Positions 6,734 to 15,107 of a DNA stretch of 30,582 nucleotides are shown piece after piece. Source of the DNA: Actinomycetota bacterium (GTDB lineage: Bacteria; Actinomycetota; Acidimicrobiia; IMCC26256; PALSA-610). Where the stretch lies: the NCBI GenBank assembly GCA_030839005.1, contig JAUZEM010000050.1, positions 1 to 30,582 of the forward strand, written 5' to 3'. A program made the position numbers and the translations under genes. The notes below the pieces were generated by a model. That model saw only the letters and a program-made list of their open reading frames with translations, searched no databases and was not told the origin of the DNA. Positions within the stretch are counted from its first letter, which is position 1. Every line of letters begins with the position of its first letter.

Positions 6734-9133
6734 TTGCTGACCGAGCCGACACCGACGACCGAGACGGCTCCCGCCGCCCGGGACGGCACCGCCTCGTGCC
6801 CGATGCCCGTGCCGCTCGTCCCCGGCGTGGAGCTGCCCTGCGACAGCATGCGCTACCGCCTCAAGAACACGTTGCTCGGTCCGCCGCTGCACACCGAGCA
6901 ACTCGAGCACGAGCGGCTCGGCAAGCCCACCGCGTTGGCGGTCTTCGCCTCCGACAACCTGTCGTCGTCCGCGTACGCGACCGAGGAGATGCTGCGGGTC
7001 CTCATCCCCGTGATCGGGTTGAGCGCGTTCGCGCTCGTCGTACCGATCACGACTGCGCTCTTGGTCGTCCTCTTCTTCTTGATCCTGTCGTATCGACAGA
7101 CGATCAAGGCGTACCCCACAGCCGGTGGCGCGTACATGGTCACGCGCGACAACTTCGGGTTGCTCCCGGCGCAGGTCGCCGGTGTCGCGCTGCTCACCGA
7201 CTATGTCTTGACCGTTTCCGTCTCGGTTGCGGCCGGGACGGCCGCACTGGCATCGGCCTTCCCGGTGTTCGATCCCTGGATCCTGTGGATCTCCATTGCG
7301 TTCGTGATCGTGATCGCGTACGGCAACCTGCGCGGCGTACGCGAGTCGGGCAAGGTCTTCGCGGTACCCACGTACTTCTTCATCATCAACATGGGCATCC
7401 TTCTCGCCGTCGGTGTGTTCAAGTCGATCCACGGCGGCTTGGTCCGCGCCAACTATCAGCACGCGACGGGGCTGATGCATTTCGGCAGCAAGAGCGGTGG
7501 CCTCCTCGCGGGCGCGAGCCTGGCGCTTGTATTGCACTCGTTCGCGTCGGGCGGCGCGGCGGTGACGGGCGTCGAGGCGATCTCGAACGGCGTGCCGGCG
7601 TTCAAGAAACCAGAATGGAAGAACGCGCGCACGACCCTCGTGATCATGGGCTCGCTGCTCGGCGTCATGTTCCTCGGGCTGTCGATCATGGACGCCAAGA
7701 TGAAGGTCGCACCGTTCACCAACGGCACACCGACCGTCATCTCGCAGATCGGCAAGCTCGCCTACGGCGGCGGCGCGCTCGGCAACGTCCTTTACTACTG
7801 CCTGCAAGCCGGCACGATGCTCATCCTGGTGCTCGCGGCCAATACCAGCTTTGCCGACTTTCCCCGCCTCGCGTCCTTCCACGCCGGTGACAACTTCATG
7901 CCGCGCCAGCTCACGAAGCGCGGCCATCGGCTCGTTTTCTCGAACGGGATCATCTTCCTCGCGGTCGCCGCGATCGTCCTGCTGCTGGCCACCGGCGCCA
8001 AGGTCGACCGTCTCATCCCTCTGTACGCGATCGGCGTGTTCACGTCGTTCACGCTGTCGCAGGCCGGCATGGCCAGGCACCACATCCGCGAGAAGGAGCA
8101 GGGCTGGCGCTGGGGATTGTTCGTCAACGGCTTCGGCGCGTTCCTGTCCCTTGTCGTCGACATCGTGATCGCCATCTTCAAGTTCACGCACGGCGCGTGG
8201 GTCATCGTCGTGTTCGTACCGATCATGGTTGTCTTCCTCGTGCGTCTGGCCAGGCAGTATGAGAAGGAGGACCACGCACTGGCGAGCGACGTGCCCAAGG
8301 CGGTCGCCGCACCCGTGCGCAAGCGACTCGTGGTCATGGTGTTCGTCGACCGCCTGGATCTCGCCGTGGCCCGCGCAATGCAGTTCGGTCGCGCGCTACG
8401 ACCCGACGAGCTGCGCGCCGTGCACTTCGTGATCGACAACCACCACGCCGACGAGCTCGCCGCGGAATGGCGGGAACACGGACTGACCAATCTCGGCCTC
8501 GAGCTCATCGATTGCCCGGATCGACGTCTCACGCGCTCCGCGGTCGAGACCGTGGCACACGAGCTGAGCTCAGGCGATTCCGAGGTGTGCGTGCTGTTGC
8601 CCGAGCGCCAGTTCAACGGGGCGTGGCACCGCATCCTCCACGACCAGACCGCCGAGTCGCTCTCGCGCGAGATCTCGCGGCTGCCGCACGCGAATGTGAC
8701 GATCGTGCCGTTCCACTTCGACGACCGCGGATCGATCTCCGTTGCCGACGCCGGCACGACGCCGAACGTGAACGGCAACGGCCGGGTCGACAACTACGGT
8801 CGGGGGAACGGCAAGACCAAGTCCAGCAGCAAGGTCCTCGCGGATACCGTGTCGATCGTCCGGCCCGCCGGCACCACGCCGATCGGCGAGGTGCGATGCC
8901 GTCAGAACGTGAAGGTGCACGGGCGGGTCCAGGCCGTGCGCGTCGAGCCGCTCGGGGGCAGCCCGAGCCTCGAGTACACGCTGGTCGACGAGACCGGCGG
9001 GGTATCGGTCGTGTTCTTCGGTCGACGCCAGATCGAGGGCATCGCGATCGGTGCCGCCCTCACCGTCGAGGGCATGGCGATCGACCACCACGGCCGGCTG
9101 GCGATCGTCAACCCGATTTACGAGCTTCGCTGA
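6734..9133 (+). CDS. KimA-like APC/KUP-fold K+ transporter with cytoplasmic domain and C-terminal OB-fold fusion
   Basis: ERLGKPTALAVFASDNLSSSAYATEE, TGVEAISNGVPAFK, ANTSFADFPRL and LIPLYAIGVFTSFTLSQAGM; about 12 hydrophobic helices; last ~85 aa form an OB fold (VKVHGRV...LVDETGGVSVVFFGRRQIEGI...VNPIYEL). TTG start at 6734, 5 nt after AGGAG. Confidence 0.88.
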   Translation: MLTEPTPTTETAPAARDGTASCPMPVPLVPGVELPCDSMRYRLKNTLLGPPLHTEQLEHERLGKPTALAVFASDNLSSSAYATEEMLRVLIPVIGLSAFALVVPITTALLVVLFFLILSYRQTIKAYPTAGGAYMVTRDNFGLLPAQVAGVALLTDYVLTVSVSVAAGTAALASAFPVFDPWILWISIAFVIVIAYGNLRGVRESGKVFAVPTYFFIINMGILLAVGVFKSIHGGLVRANYQHATGLMHFGSKSGGLLAGASLALVLHSFASGGAAVTGVEAISNGVPAFKKPEWKNARTTLVIMGSLLGVMFLGLSIMDAKMKVAPFTNGTPTVISQIGKLAYGGGALGNVLYYCLQAGTMLILVLAANTSFADFPRLASFHAGDNFMPRQLTKRGHRLVFSNGIIFLAVAAIVLLLATGAKVDRLIPLYAIGVFTSFTLSQAGMARHHIREKEQGWRWGLFVNGFGAFLSLVVDIVIAIFKFTHGAWVIVVFVPIMVVFLVRLARQYEKEDHALASDVPKAVAAPVRKRLVVMVFVDRLDLAVARAMQFGRALRPDELRAVHFVIDNHHADELAAEWREHGLTNLGLELIDCPDRRLTRSAVETVAHELSSGDSEVCVLLPERQFNGAWHRILHDQTAESLSREISRLPHANVTIVPFHFDDRGSISVADAGTTPNVNGNGRVDNYGRGNGKTKSSSKVLADTVSIVRPAGTTPIGEVRCRQNVKVHGRVQAVRVEPLGGSPSLEYTLVDETGGVSVVFFGRRQIEGIAIGAALTVEGMAIDHHGRLAIVNPIYELR

Positions 9134-9170
9134 CCACGCGGGACGTTCGAGTGCGCGCGACGATGTCGGC

Positions 9171-9776
9171 GTGAGCATCTTCAATGACGACCACCGCTAC
9201 TGGCAGGATCGCTTCGACACTCGTCGCGTCGCCGACCGGATCGACGAGCTGCTCGTGAGCGAACGCATAGACGAGAACACCAAGTCCTTCATCGAGTCGC
9301 GCGACATGTTCTTCCTCGCGACGTGTGATGCCGACGGCCACCCGCAGTCCTCATACAAGGGCGGTGACCCCGGTTTCGTACGTGTCGTCGACGAACAGAC
9401 GATCGCCTTTCCGGTCTACGACGGGAACGGAATGTTCCTCTCGCTCGGCAATATCCGCGCCCACGCCAACGTCGGCATGTTGTTCATCGACTTCGAACAA
9501 CCGAACCGCGTGCGGGTCAACGGCGTCGCGACCGTCGACCCGCAGGACCCGCTCGGCGCCGAGATGACCGGCGCAACGCTCGTCGTGCGAGTGCGAACCG
9601 CGCAGGTCTTCCCGAACTGCTCTCGTTACATCCACAAGATGCGACTCGTCGAGCGCTCGAAGTTCGTGCCGAAGCGGGACATCGAGCCGCCGATCCCCGA
9701 CTGGAAACGTATGACGTGGGCCCAGGAGTACCTCCCTGAGCACGATCCCGCGCGCGCGGCCGACCCACTGACGTGA
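9171..9776 (+). CDS. Pyridoxamine 5'-phosphate oxidase-like FMN-binding protein
   Basis: FFLATCDADGHPQSSYKGGDPGFVRV, DGNGMFLSLGNI, VGMLFIDF, FPNCSRYIH; GTG start at 9171. Confidence 0.88.
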   Translation: MSIFNDDHRYWQDRFDTRRVADRIDELLVSERIDENTKSFIESRDMFFLATCDADGHPQSSYKGGDPGFVRVVDEQTIAFPVYDGNGMFLSLGNIRAHANVGMLFIDFEQPNRVRVNGVATVDPQDPLGAEMTGATLVVRVRTAQVFPNCSRYIHKMRLVERSKFVPKRDIEPPIPDWKRMTWAQEYLPEHDPARAADPLT

Positions 9777-9782
9777 AGGAGA

Positions 9783-9835
9783 GGCTCGGGTCGCCGGGCG
9801 GCGGCGGGCGGTCCGACCGATCGGCGACCCGAGCC
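9783..9835. terminator. 14-bp perfect hairpin between convergent genes (probable bidirectional terminator)
   Basis: GGCTCGGGTCGCCG (9783-9796) pairs with CGGCGACCCGAGCC (9822-9835); 25-nt loop; no U-tract. Confidence 0.6.
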
Positions 9836-9906
9836 AGCCACACCGCGCGCGGCGCCGCGCGCCGATGCGACCGTCACGCGACATTCTTGCCAGATGCGAC
9901 CCGTTG

Positions 9907-11310
9907 TCAAGGGCTGCTCTCGTCGGGCAATACGTCGGGCAATACGTCGGGCAACAGGACGTGTGGATTCAGGATCCCGACCGGGTCGAGCGCGTGCTTG
10001 ATCGCGCGATACGTCGCGATCTCGACCGCGCTGCGCACCAGGTGCAGGTACCGCCGCTTGACGCTTCCGATCCCGTGCTCGGCACTGATGGAGCCGTGCA
10101 ACGCGGCGACGAGCTCGAACACGGCTCCGGTGACGCGCTCATCGTCCACCGGTACACCCGTCACGTTGACATGCACGTTTCCGTCGCCGGCGTGGCCGAA
10201 CATCCATACCGACGCGTCGGGCGCGAGCGCGACCACAAGGACGGGTACCGCGTGGACGAACTCGCCGAGCCGGTCGGCCGGGAGCGACACGTCGAGCTTG
10301 AGCGGCGCACCCTCGGAGTTGATCGCCTCCGGATGGCCCTCCCGGTAGCGCCAGAGCGCCCGCGCCGCGACGTCGTCGGTCGCGACCGCGACGTCCGCAA
10401 CGTCGGCACACTGCTCAACGGCCCGCCCCAGGGCTTCGGTCGGGTCGGTATTGGCGGCGGCTTCGACGAGCACGTACGCCGCGTGTGACGAAGCGAACGG
10501 CCGGGCGAGTCCGAGCCGGCGGCACACGAGCTCCAAGCCCTTGTCGAAGAACAGCTCGATCGCGTTCACGCAGTCGACCTCACGCCGCAGCGTTCCGACC
10601 GCGTCGAGCGCGGCGTCGACGGAGCCGAACGCGCACAGCGCGACGACCTTGCAGCGAGTCGGTGCGTGCAGGCGAAGTCGTGCGGCCGTGATGACGGCGA
10701 GCGTGCCCTCGCTGCCGCACAGCAGACCGGGCAGGTCGAAGCCCGAGTTGTCCTTCTCGAGACCGTCGAGCCGCCGGATGACGCGGCCATCGGCCAGCAC
10801 CGCCTCGATCCCGACGAGCTGGCGGCGCGTCGACCCGTAGCGCAACACGTGTACGCCGCCGGCGTTGGTCGCGACGGTACCGCCGACGGTCGCGACGTCG
10901 CGTGCGCCCAGATCGATGCCGTACTGCCAGCCCGCGTCACGTGCGCGACGTTGCAGCTCCGCCAGGGTCGCCCCCGCCTGCGCGGTTATCTGCCCGGTAC
11001 GCGGGTCGACCGGCCCGATTGCGTCCAGCCGCCGGACGTCGAGCACGAGCTCCCCGTGCAGCGGCACCGAGCCGCCGACGAGCCCGGTGTTGCCGCCCTG
11101 GGGCACGACCGCCGTTCGCTCGGCGTTGCACAGGCGGAGCACCGCCGCGACCTCATCGACCGTTCCGGGGCGCACGACCGCCGGGCTCACACCGCGGAAC
11201 CGGCCGGTCCAGTCGACGACGTTCGCCTCGATGACATCGGGATCGGTGCGCACATGCGAAGCCCCGACCGCGTCGCGCAACGCCGCGAGCAGACCGGACG
11301 AGACGCTCAT
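9907..11310 (-). CDS. FAD-binding oxidoreductase, D-2-hydroxyacid dehydrogenase (D2HGDH/GlcD) family
   Basis: VVPQGGNTGLVGGSVP, GGTVATNAGG, KDNSGFDL, GSEGTLAVIT, FGHAGDGNVH, SISAEHGIG. Start moved to ATG 11310 (TAGCAT 8 nt upstream). Confidence 0.92.
   Translation of the reverse strand: MSVSSGLLAALRDAVGASHVRTDPDVIEANVVDWTGRFRGVSPAVVRPGTVDEVAAVLRLCNAERTAVVPQGGNTGLVGGSVPLHGELVLDVRRLDAIGPVDPRTGQITAQAGATLAELQRRARDAGWQYGIDLGARDVATVGGTVATNAGGVHVLRYGSTRRQLVGIEAVLADGRVIRRLDGLEKDNSGFDLPGLLCGSEGTLAVITAARLRLHAPTRCKVVALCAFGSVDAALDAVGTLRREVDCVNAIELFFDKGLELVCRRLGLARPFASSHAAYVLVEAAANTDPTEALGRAVEQCADVADVAVATDDVAARALWRYREGHPEAINSEGAPLKLDVSLPADRLGEFVHAVPVLVVALAPDASVWMFGHAGDGNVHVNVTGVPVDDERVTGAVFELVAALHGSISAEHGIGSVKRRYLHLVRSAVEIATYRAIKHALDPVGILNPHVLLPDVLPDVLPDESSP
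9921..9956. repeat. 3 x 12-bp tandem repeat at the 3' end of the FAD oxidoreductase
   Basis: cgtcgggcaata / cgtcgggcaata / cgtcgggcaaca; gives the LPDV-LPDV-LPDE tail. Confidence 0.9.
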
Positions 11311-11363
11311 CGCCGACGATGCTACGGCTGTGGGCGCGCGCGTCCGCGTGCCAAGATCGGGTC

Positions 11364-11921
11364 GTGTCCGATCAGCCATCGCACCGCGGACGGTTGCTCG
11401 TCGCGGCGCCACCCCTCGTCGATCCCAACTTCGACCGGACCGTCGTGTTGATGCTCGAGCACGGAGACGACGGCGGCCTCGGCGTCGTCTTGAATCGCCG
11501 CAGTGAAACGACTATCGACGACGTGTTCCCCGAATGGCACGAGCTCGTGTCCCCGCCCGGAGTCGTCTTCGCCGGTGGTCCCGTGTCGACCGACGCCGTC
11601 ATCGCGCTCGCCCGACGCCGTGACGTCGAGGTCGAGGGCTTCGTCCAGGTTCTCGGTGATCTCGGGACGATCGACCTCGCCGACGACCCGCTCCGCATCG
11701 GTGCGTCCCTCGAAACGCTGCGCGTCTTCGCGGGTTACGCGGGTTGGACGCCCGGCCAGCTCGAGGCCGAGCTCGCGCAAGGGGCGTGGTTCGTCGTCGC
11801 CTTGGAGCCGGGCGATCCGTTCGTCGCCGCGCCCGAGCGTCTGTGGCGAGATGTGCTGCGCCGTCAGCGCGGACGGCTCGCCCTCTTCTCCAACTACCCC
11901 GAGGACGCCACGGTCAACTAG
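11364..11921 (+). CDS. YqgE/AlgH (DUF179) family protein
   Basis: GRLLVAAPPLVDPNFDRTVVLMLEH, LGVVLNRR, VFAGGPV, FAGYAGWTPGQLEAEL..GAW; GTG start at 11364. Confidence 0.92.
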   Translation: MSDQPSHRGRLLVAAPPLVDPNFDRTVVLMLEHGDDGGLGVVLNRRSETTIDDVFPEWHELVSPPGVVFAGGPVSTDAVIALARRRDVEVEGFVQVLGDLGTIDLADDPLRIGASLETLRVFAGYAGWTPGQLEAELAQGAWFVVALEPGDPFVAAPERLWRDVLRRQRGRLALFSNYPEDATVN

Positions 11922-11954
11922 TCAATTCGCAACGGGCACGAGCGACGAGCGGCC

Positions 11955-12734
11955 TCAGAGCTGGTTTATCGAGAGGAACCGTTCGATCATCGCATGCACT
12001 TGGTCGGGAACCTCGAGTTGGTTGAAGTGGCCCGAGCCGACGGTCTGCCCGATGGTGATCGTCGGGCACGCGCGGCGCAGATCGGCCGCGATGTCGTTCG
12101 GGACCGCGGAGCCGATCGACAGCAACGGCACCTCGACCGCGCCGAGCGCCGACGCGCCGTCGAATCGTGCCATGGCCCGGACAAGTGCGGCGGCGATCGC
12201 CGGCGGTTGCGTGGTCATCCCGCTGATGATCTCGTCGCGCCGAGCGGCGTCAGTGGGCAGGAACATCCCACTCACGAATCCGGCGCGCCACGACCCGTCG
12301 TCGTCGGCCTCGACCGCATCTGCGGCCTGACCCAGATAGGCCTTGATGTTCGCGTTCACAATCGGTGCCGGATCGATCATCACCGCGGCCCGGACGGCGC
12401 CGGCACGTGCCGCGCCGGCCAGGGCGACCAGACCGCCCATGCTGTGGCCGACCACTACCGGGCGGTCGCACCCGGCTGCTGCGGAGACCGCGAGCACGTC
12501 GTCGCAGAGTGCGCCGAACTCGTATACGCCCGAGCCCGGCTGGGGTCGATCACTGTCGCCGTGGCCCCGCAGATCGAGCGCGACGACAGCGTGGCGAGAC
12601 GCAAAGTGCTCGAACTGCGGGGCAAAGTACGAGCGGTCGCCCGCCCACCCGTGAACCAAAACAATCGCGGGAGCCCCGCGACCCGCAGTGTCGTACGCAA
12701 GCTTGACGCCGTCCCGATCAACGAACTTCGGCAT
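11955..12734 (-). CDS. Alpha/beta-fold hydrolase
   Basis: VLVHGW oxyanion motif, LDLRGHGDSD, GHSMGG nucleophile elbow, GHFNQLE His. ATG 12734 with GGAGG RBS; the ORF extension to 13481 is a shadow frame. Confidence 0.92.
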   Translation of the reverse strand: MPKFVDRDGVKLAYDTAGRGAPAIVLVHGWAGDRSYFAPQFEHFASRHAVVALDLRGHGDSDRPQPGSGVYEFGALCDDVLAVSAAAGCDRPVVVGHSMGGLVALAGAARAGAVRAAVMIDPAPIVNANIKAYLGQAADAVEADDDGSWRAGFVSGMFLPTDAARRDEIISGMTTQPPAIAAALVRAMARFDGASALGAVEVPLLSIGSAVPNDIAADLRRACPTITIGQTVGSGHFNQLEVPDQVHAMIERFLSINQL

Positions 12735-12869
12735 GCGCGCCTCCACAGCGAGGAATCGATCGTACCCTCGGCGAAGTGTCGTACGAAGGTGCGCGGCGAT
12801 CCGCTGATTGCCCGTGTCAGAGTGGATGGCGTCATAACAATCGCCCACCGCGCCGGATGAAGGGAAGCG

Positions 12870-13112
12870 ATGATGGACTGGATCACCGAGATGACGTTGC
12901 GCCTCGCGAGCGCGACCAACCTCGATGCGGCCGATCTCTTGCTCGACGCGGAGGCGAAGGAGACACTGCTCGACCTCGCCGGGGTCGCCGCGCACTCGTC
13001 CGGCGACCGTACGAACGCACCGCTGCTGTGTCACGTGCTCGGGCGTGCGATCGCTCGTGGCGCCACGTTCGACGAGTGTGCCCGTGCAGTCCACGACTTC
13101 GCGGCGGAGTAG
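12870..13112 (+). CDS. DUF6457-like small helical protein
   Basis: MDW...LLDLAGVAAHSSGDRTNAPLLCHVLG matches the DUF6457 pattern (LLDLA..AAH...R..AP); GGGAAG RBS. Confidence 0.7.
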   Translation: MMDWITEMTLRLASATNLDAADLLLDAEAKETLLDLAGVAAHSSGDRTNAPLLCHVLGRAIARGATFDECARAVHDFAAE

Positions 13113-13426
13113 TGCACCTGACGGCGACGGCTGTACGGTCCGGTGAGGTGCGCCCCGTCGACATCGAGGGCGAGGAATACGTGTTGTGGAGAGGGACGGA
13201 CGGCCGCCTCCGCAGCGCGCCCCGGCGTTGCCCGCACCTCGACCACGACCTCGCCGAGGGCCACGTCGCCGGAGATGAGCTCGTGTGCCCCGGTCACGCC
13301 TGGGCCTTCGACGGTGCCGGCAACGCGTACAAGCGAAACGAGTTCGGCCGGGTCGACCCGAAGGGCTCGGTCGCGACGCTGGAGATCCGCGAGGAAGACG
13401 GAACGGTCGTGCTCGAACCGCGCTGA
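13112..13426 (+). CDS. Stand-alone Rieske [2Fe-2S] domain protein (104 aa)
   Basis: CPHL...CPGHAWAFDGAG (CxH...CxxH). GTG at 13112 overlaps the upstream TAG by 1 nt. Confidence 0.88.
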   Translation: MHLTATAVRSGEVRPVDIEGEEYVLWRGTDGRLRSAPRRCPHLDHDLAEGHVAGDELVCPGHAWAFDGAGNAYKRNEFGRVDPKGSVATLEIREEDGTVVLEPR

Positions 13427-13479
13427 CGTGCGCCCGAAGGGCGCAGACGCGCGGCCATTCGGTACCGTCCCGGTTTCCC

Positions 13480-14304
13480 ATGACGGCCGTCTACCCGCCC
13501 GACCACCATCTCCTCCGCGACCTGCGCTTCTCGTTCGAGCACGACGCGGACGGACGCCGAAGTCGCGCGTGGATGCCCGTCGTCCGCGAGCTGTGCACCG
13601 ACCTCGGTCACGCGCGGGCCGGGGTACTCGCCACTCTCGTCGATGTGATCGGCGGCGGTTTGGCGGCGAGCGCGGCCGCGCCGGGGTGGATCGCCACGGC
13701 CGACCTCACGTTGCACCTCGTCGGAGCGGCGCGTCCGGGATCGGTCGTCGAGGCCCGGGCCGAGGTGCTGCGCGCCGGGCGGACGACCGTTGTCCTCGAA
13801 GTCGCGCTCGTCGACGAGCACGAGCGGAACGTCGGCATCGCCACGATGAGCTTCGCGGTGCTGCCCCGGCGAGAGGCGAATCCCGAGGTCGATCGCGTGC
13901 GCGACAGCCCGTCGACGATGGCGACGGCACGGTCGCGGCTCGACCGACCGTTGCTCGAGGAGCTGGACGTGCAAGTGCGCGACCCGGCGCGCGGCGTAAT
14001 CGAGGTCCCCGTCACCGACTGGTCGCGAAATTCGATGGGCTCGATGCAAGGCGGAGTCGTGGCAACGGTGGCCGAGGTCGCGGCCGAGACCGCGCTGCGC
14101 GCGGCAACGAACGAGCAACTCGTCGTCACCGATCTCCAGGTCACCTACCTCGGGTTCGGCCGGGTCGGGCCCGTCCGAACCACGGCCGAGGCGCTCGGCA
14201 CGGGTGATGGCCACGGCTCCGCGCGCGTCGAGCTCGTCGACGCCGGCGCGGAGAGCCGGCAGATGACAGTCGTGCACGCCGTCGCGACCCGGGTCCTCAC
14301 GTGA
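13480..14304 (+). CDS. Double hot-dog (PaaI-like) thioesterase
   Basis: Two hot-dog repeats: AGVLATLVDVIGG...TADLTLHL...AEVLRAGRTTVV and MQGGVVATVAE...TDLQVTYL; ATG 13480. Confidence 0.82.
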   Translation: MTAVYPPDHHLLRDLRFSFEHDADGRRSRAWMPVVRELCTDLGHARAGVLATLVDVIGGGLAASAAAPGWIATADLTLHLVGAARPGSVVEARAEVLRAGRTTVVLEVALVDEHERNVGIATMSFAVLPRREANPEVDRVRDSPSTMATARSRLDRPLLEELDVQVRDPARGVIEVPVTDWSRNSMGSMQGGVVATVAEVAAETALRAATNEQLVVTDLQVTYLGFGRVGPVRTTAEALGTGDGHGSARVELVDAGAESRQMTVVHAVATRVLT

Positions 14305-15101
14305 ACAGCGACGAGCGCCCGGAAGCGGGGCATCACGTCGGGCGATACATGGGCGTCGCGATGCGCGAGGTCGAGGAGCTGCACCTCGTCGGGCACGCTT
14401 CGGTCGCGCCCCACCTGCGCGGTCCGGCCGGTGGCGTCCGCACGGGCGCACTCCTGACGATGCTCGACAACGTCGGTGGAGTCACCGGCGGCCTCGCGGC
14501 ACTTCCGGACGGCTGGGTCGTGTCGACGAACCTTGCCGCACGCGTCGTCGCGCGCTCGCACGTCGGGCCGTTGCGCATCGACTCCTGCTTGCTGCGCCGA
14601 GGACGCAACAACGTCGTCACGAGCGTGCAGGTCCGCGACGAGGGCCTGCGCGACGCGCTCGTCGCGAGCGGCGTTCTCACCTCCGCGATCCTCGTTCCCG
14701 AGAACGGTCCGCCTCAATGGACCCGTCCTCTCGTCCTCGAGGCTGGGCCCGAACCCGCGCCCGATCTGCCGTCGATGCCCGACTGGCTCGGCGTACGCGT
14801 CGTCGGGGATCACGCCGTCGAGATCGAACTTGCCGCGGAGCTTCGGAATCCGTGGGGCATCCTCCACGGCGGGGTCGTCGCGACGCTCGTCGACCTCGCG
14901 GCCGAGCACGCGACCGGCGGCGGGATCACGACCGACGTCGTGCTGCACTTCCTCGCACCGAATCGCGTCGGTCCCGTGCGCGCGAGCGTGCGCGAGCTCG
15001 GCCGGCGGACTGATGGCCGCCTCCTGCGGGTCGAGGTCCGCGACGAGGGTGCCGCGCGCATGACCGCGCTCGCGATCGTTACGTGTGCCCCGCGGGCGTA
15101 A
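14301..15101 (+). CDS. Double hot-dog (PaaI-like) thioesterase, paralog
   Basis: TGALLTMLDNVGG and NPWGILHGGVVATLVD...LHFLAPNRVGPV; GTGA overlap with the upstream gene. Confidence 0.82.
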   Translation: MNSDERPEAGHHVGRYMGVAMREVEELHLVGHASVAPHLRGPAGGVRTGALLTMLDNVGGVTGGLAALPDGWVVSTNLAARVVARSHVGPLRIDSCLLRRGRNNVVTSVQVRDEGLRDALVASGVLTSAILVPENGPPQWTRPLVLEAGPEPAPDLPSMPDWLGVRVVGDHAVEIELAAELRNPWGILHGGVVATLVDLAAEHATGGGITTDVVLHFLAPNRVGPVRASVRELGRRTDGRLLRVEVRDEGAARMTALAIVTCAPRA

Positions 15102-15107
15102 CGCGAG

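Noticed and set aside
2299-8275. Long antisense and alternate-frame ORFs (2299-4002, 3023-4630, 4892-5956, 6572-8275; likewise 22199-23329, 24337-26091 and others)
   Set aside because: They overlap well-supported genes, are Arg/Ala/Pro/Gly-rich and lack family motifs, as expected of high-GC shadow frames.
9886-9910. Weak inverted repeat CTTGCCAG...TTGTCAAG near the oxidoreductase stop
   Set aside because: Only 6/8 paired and the stronger 9783-9835 hairpin already explains termination; not distinguishable from chance.
11955-13481. 508-aa hydrolase, 782-aa TetR-ABC and 863-aa ABC 'fusions' suggested by the ORF track (11955-13481, 25576-27924, 27240-29831)
   Set aside because: The extra N-terminal parts are stop-free shadow frames over neighbouring genes. 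True starts at 12734, 26188 and 27921 are supported by RBS or stop-start overlaps.
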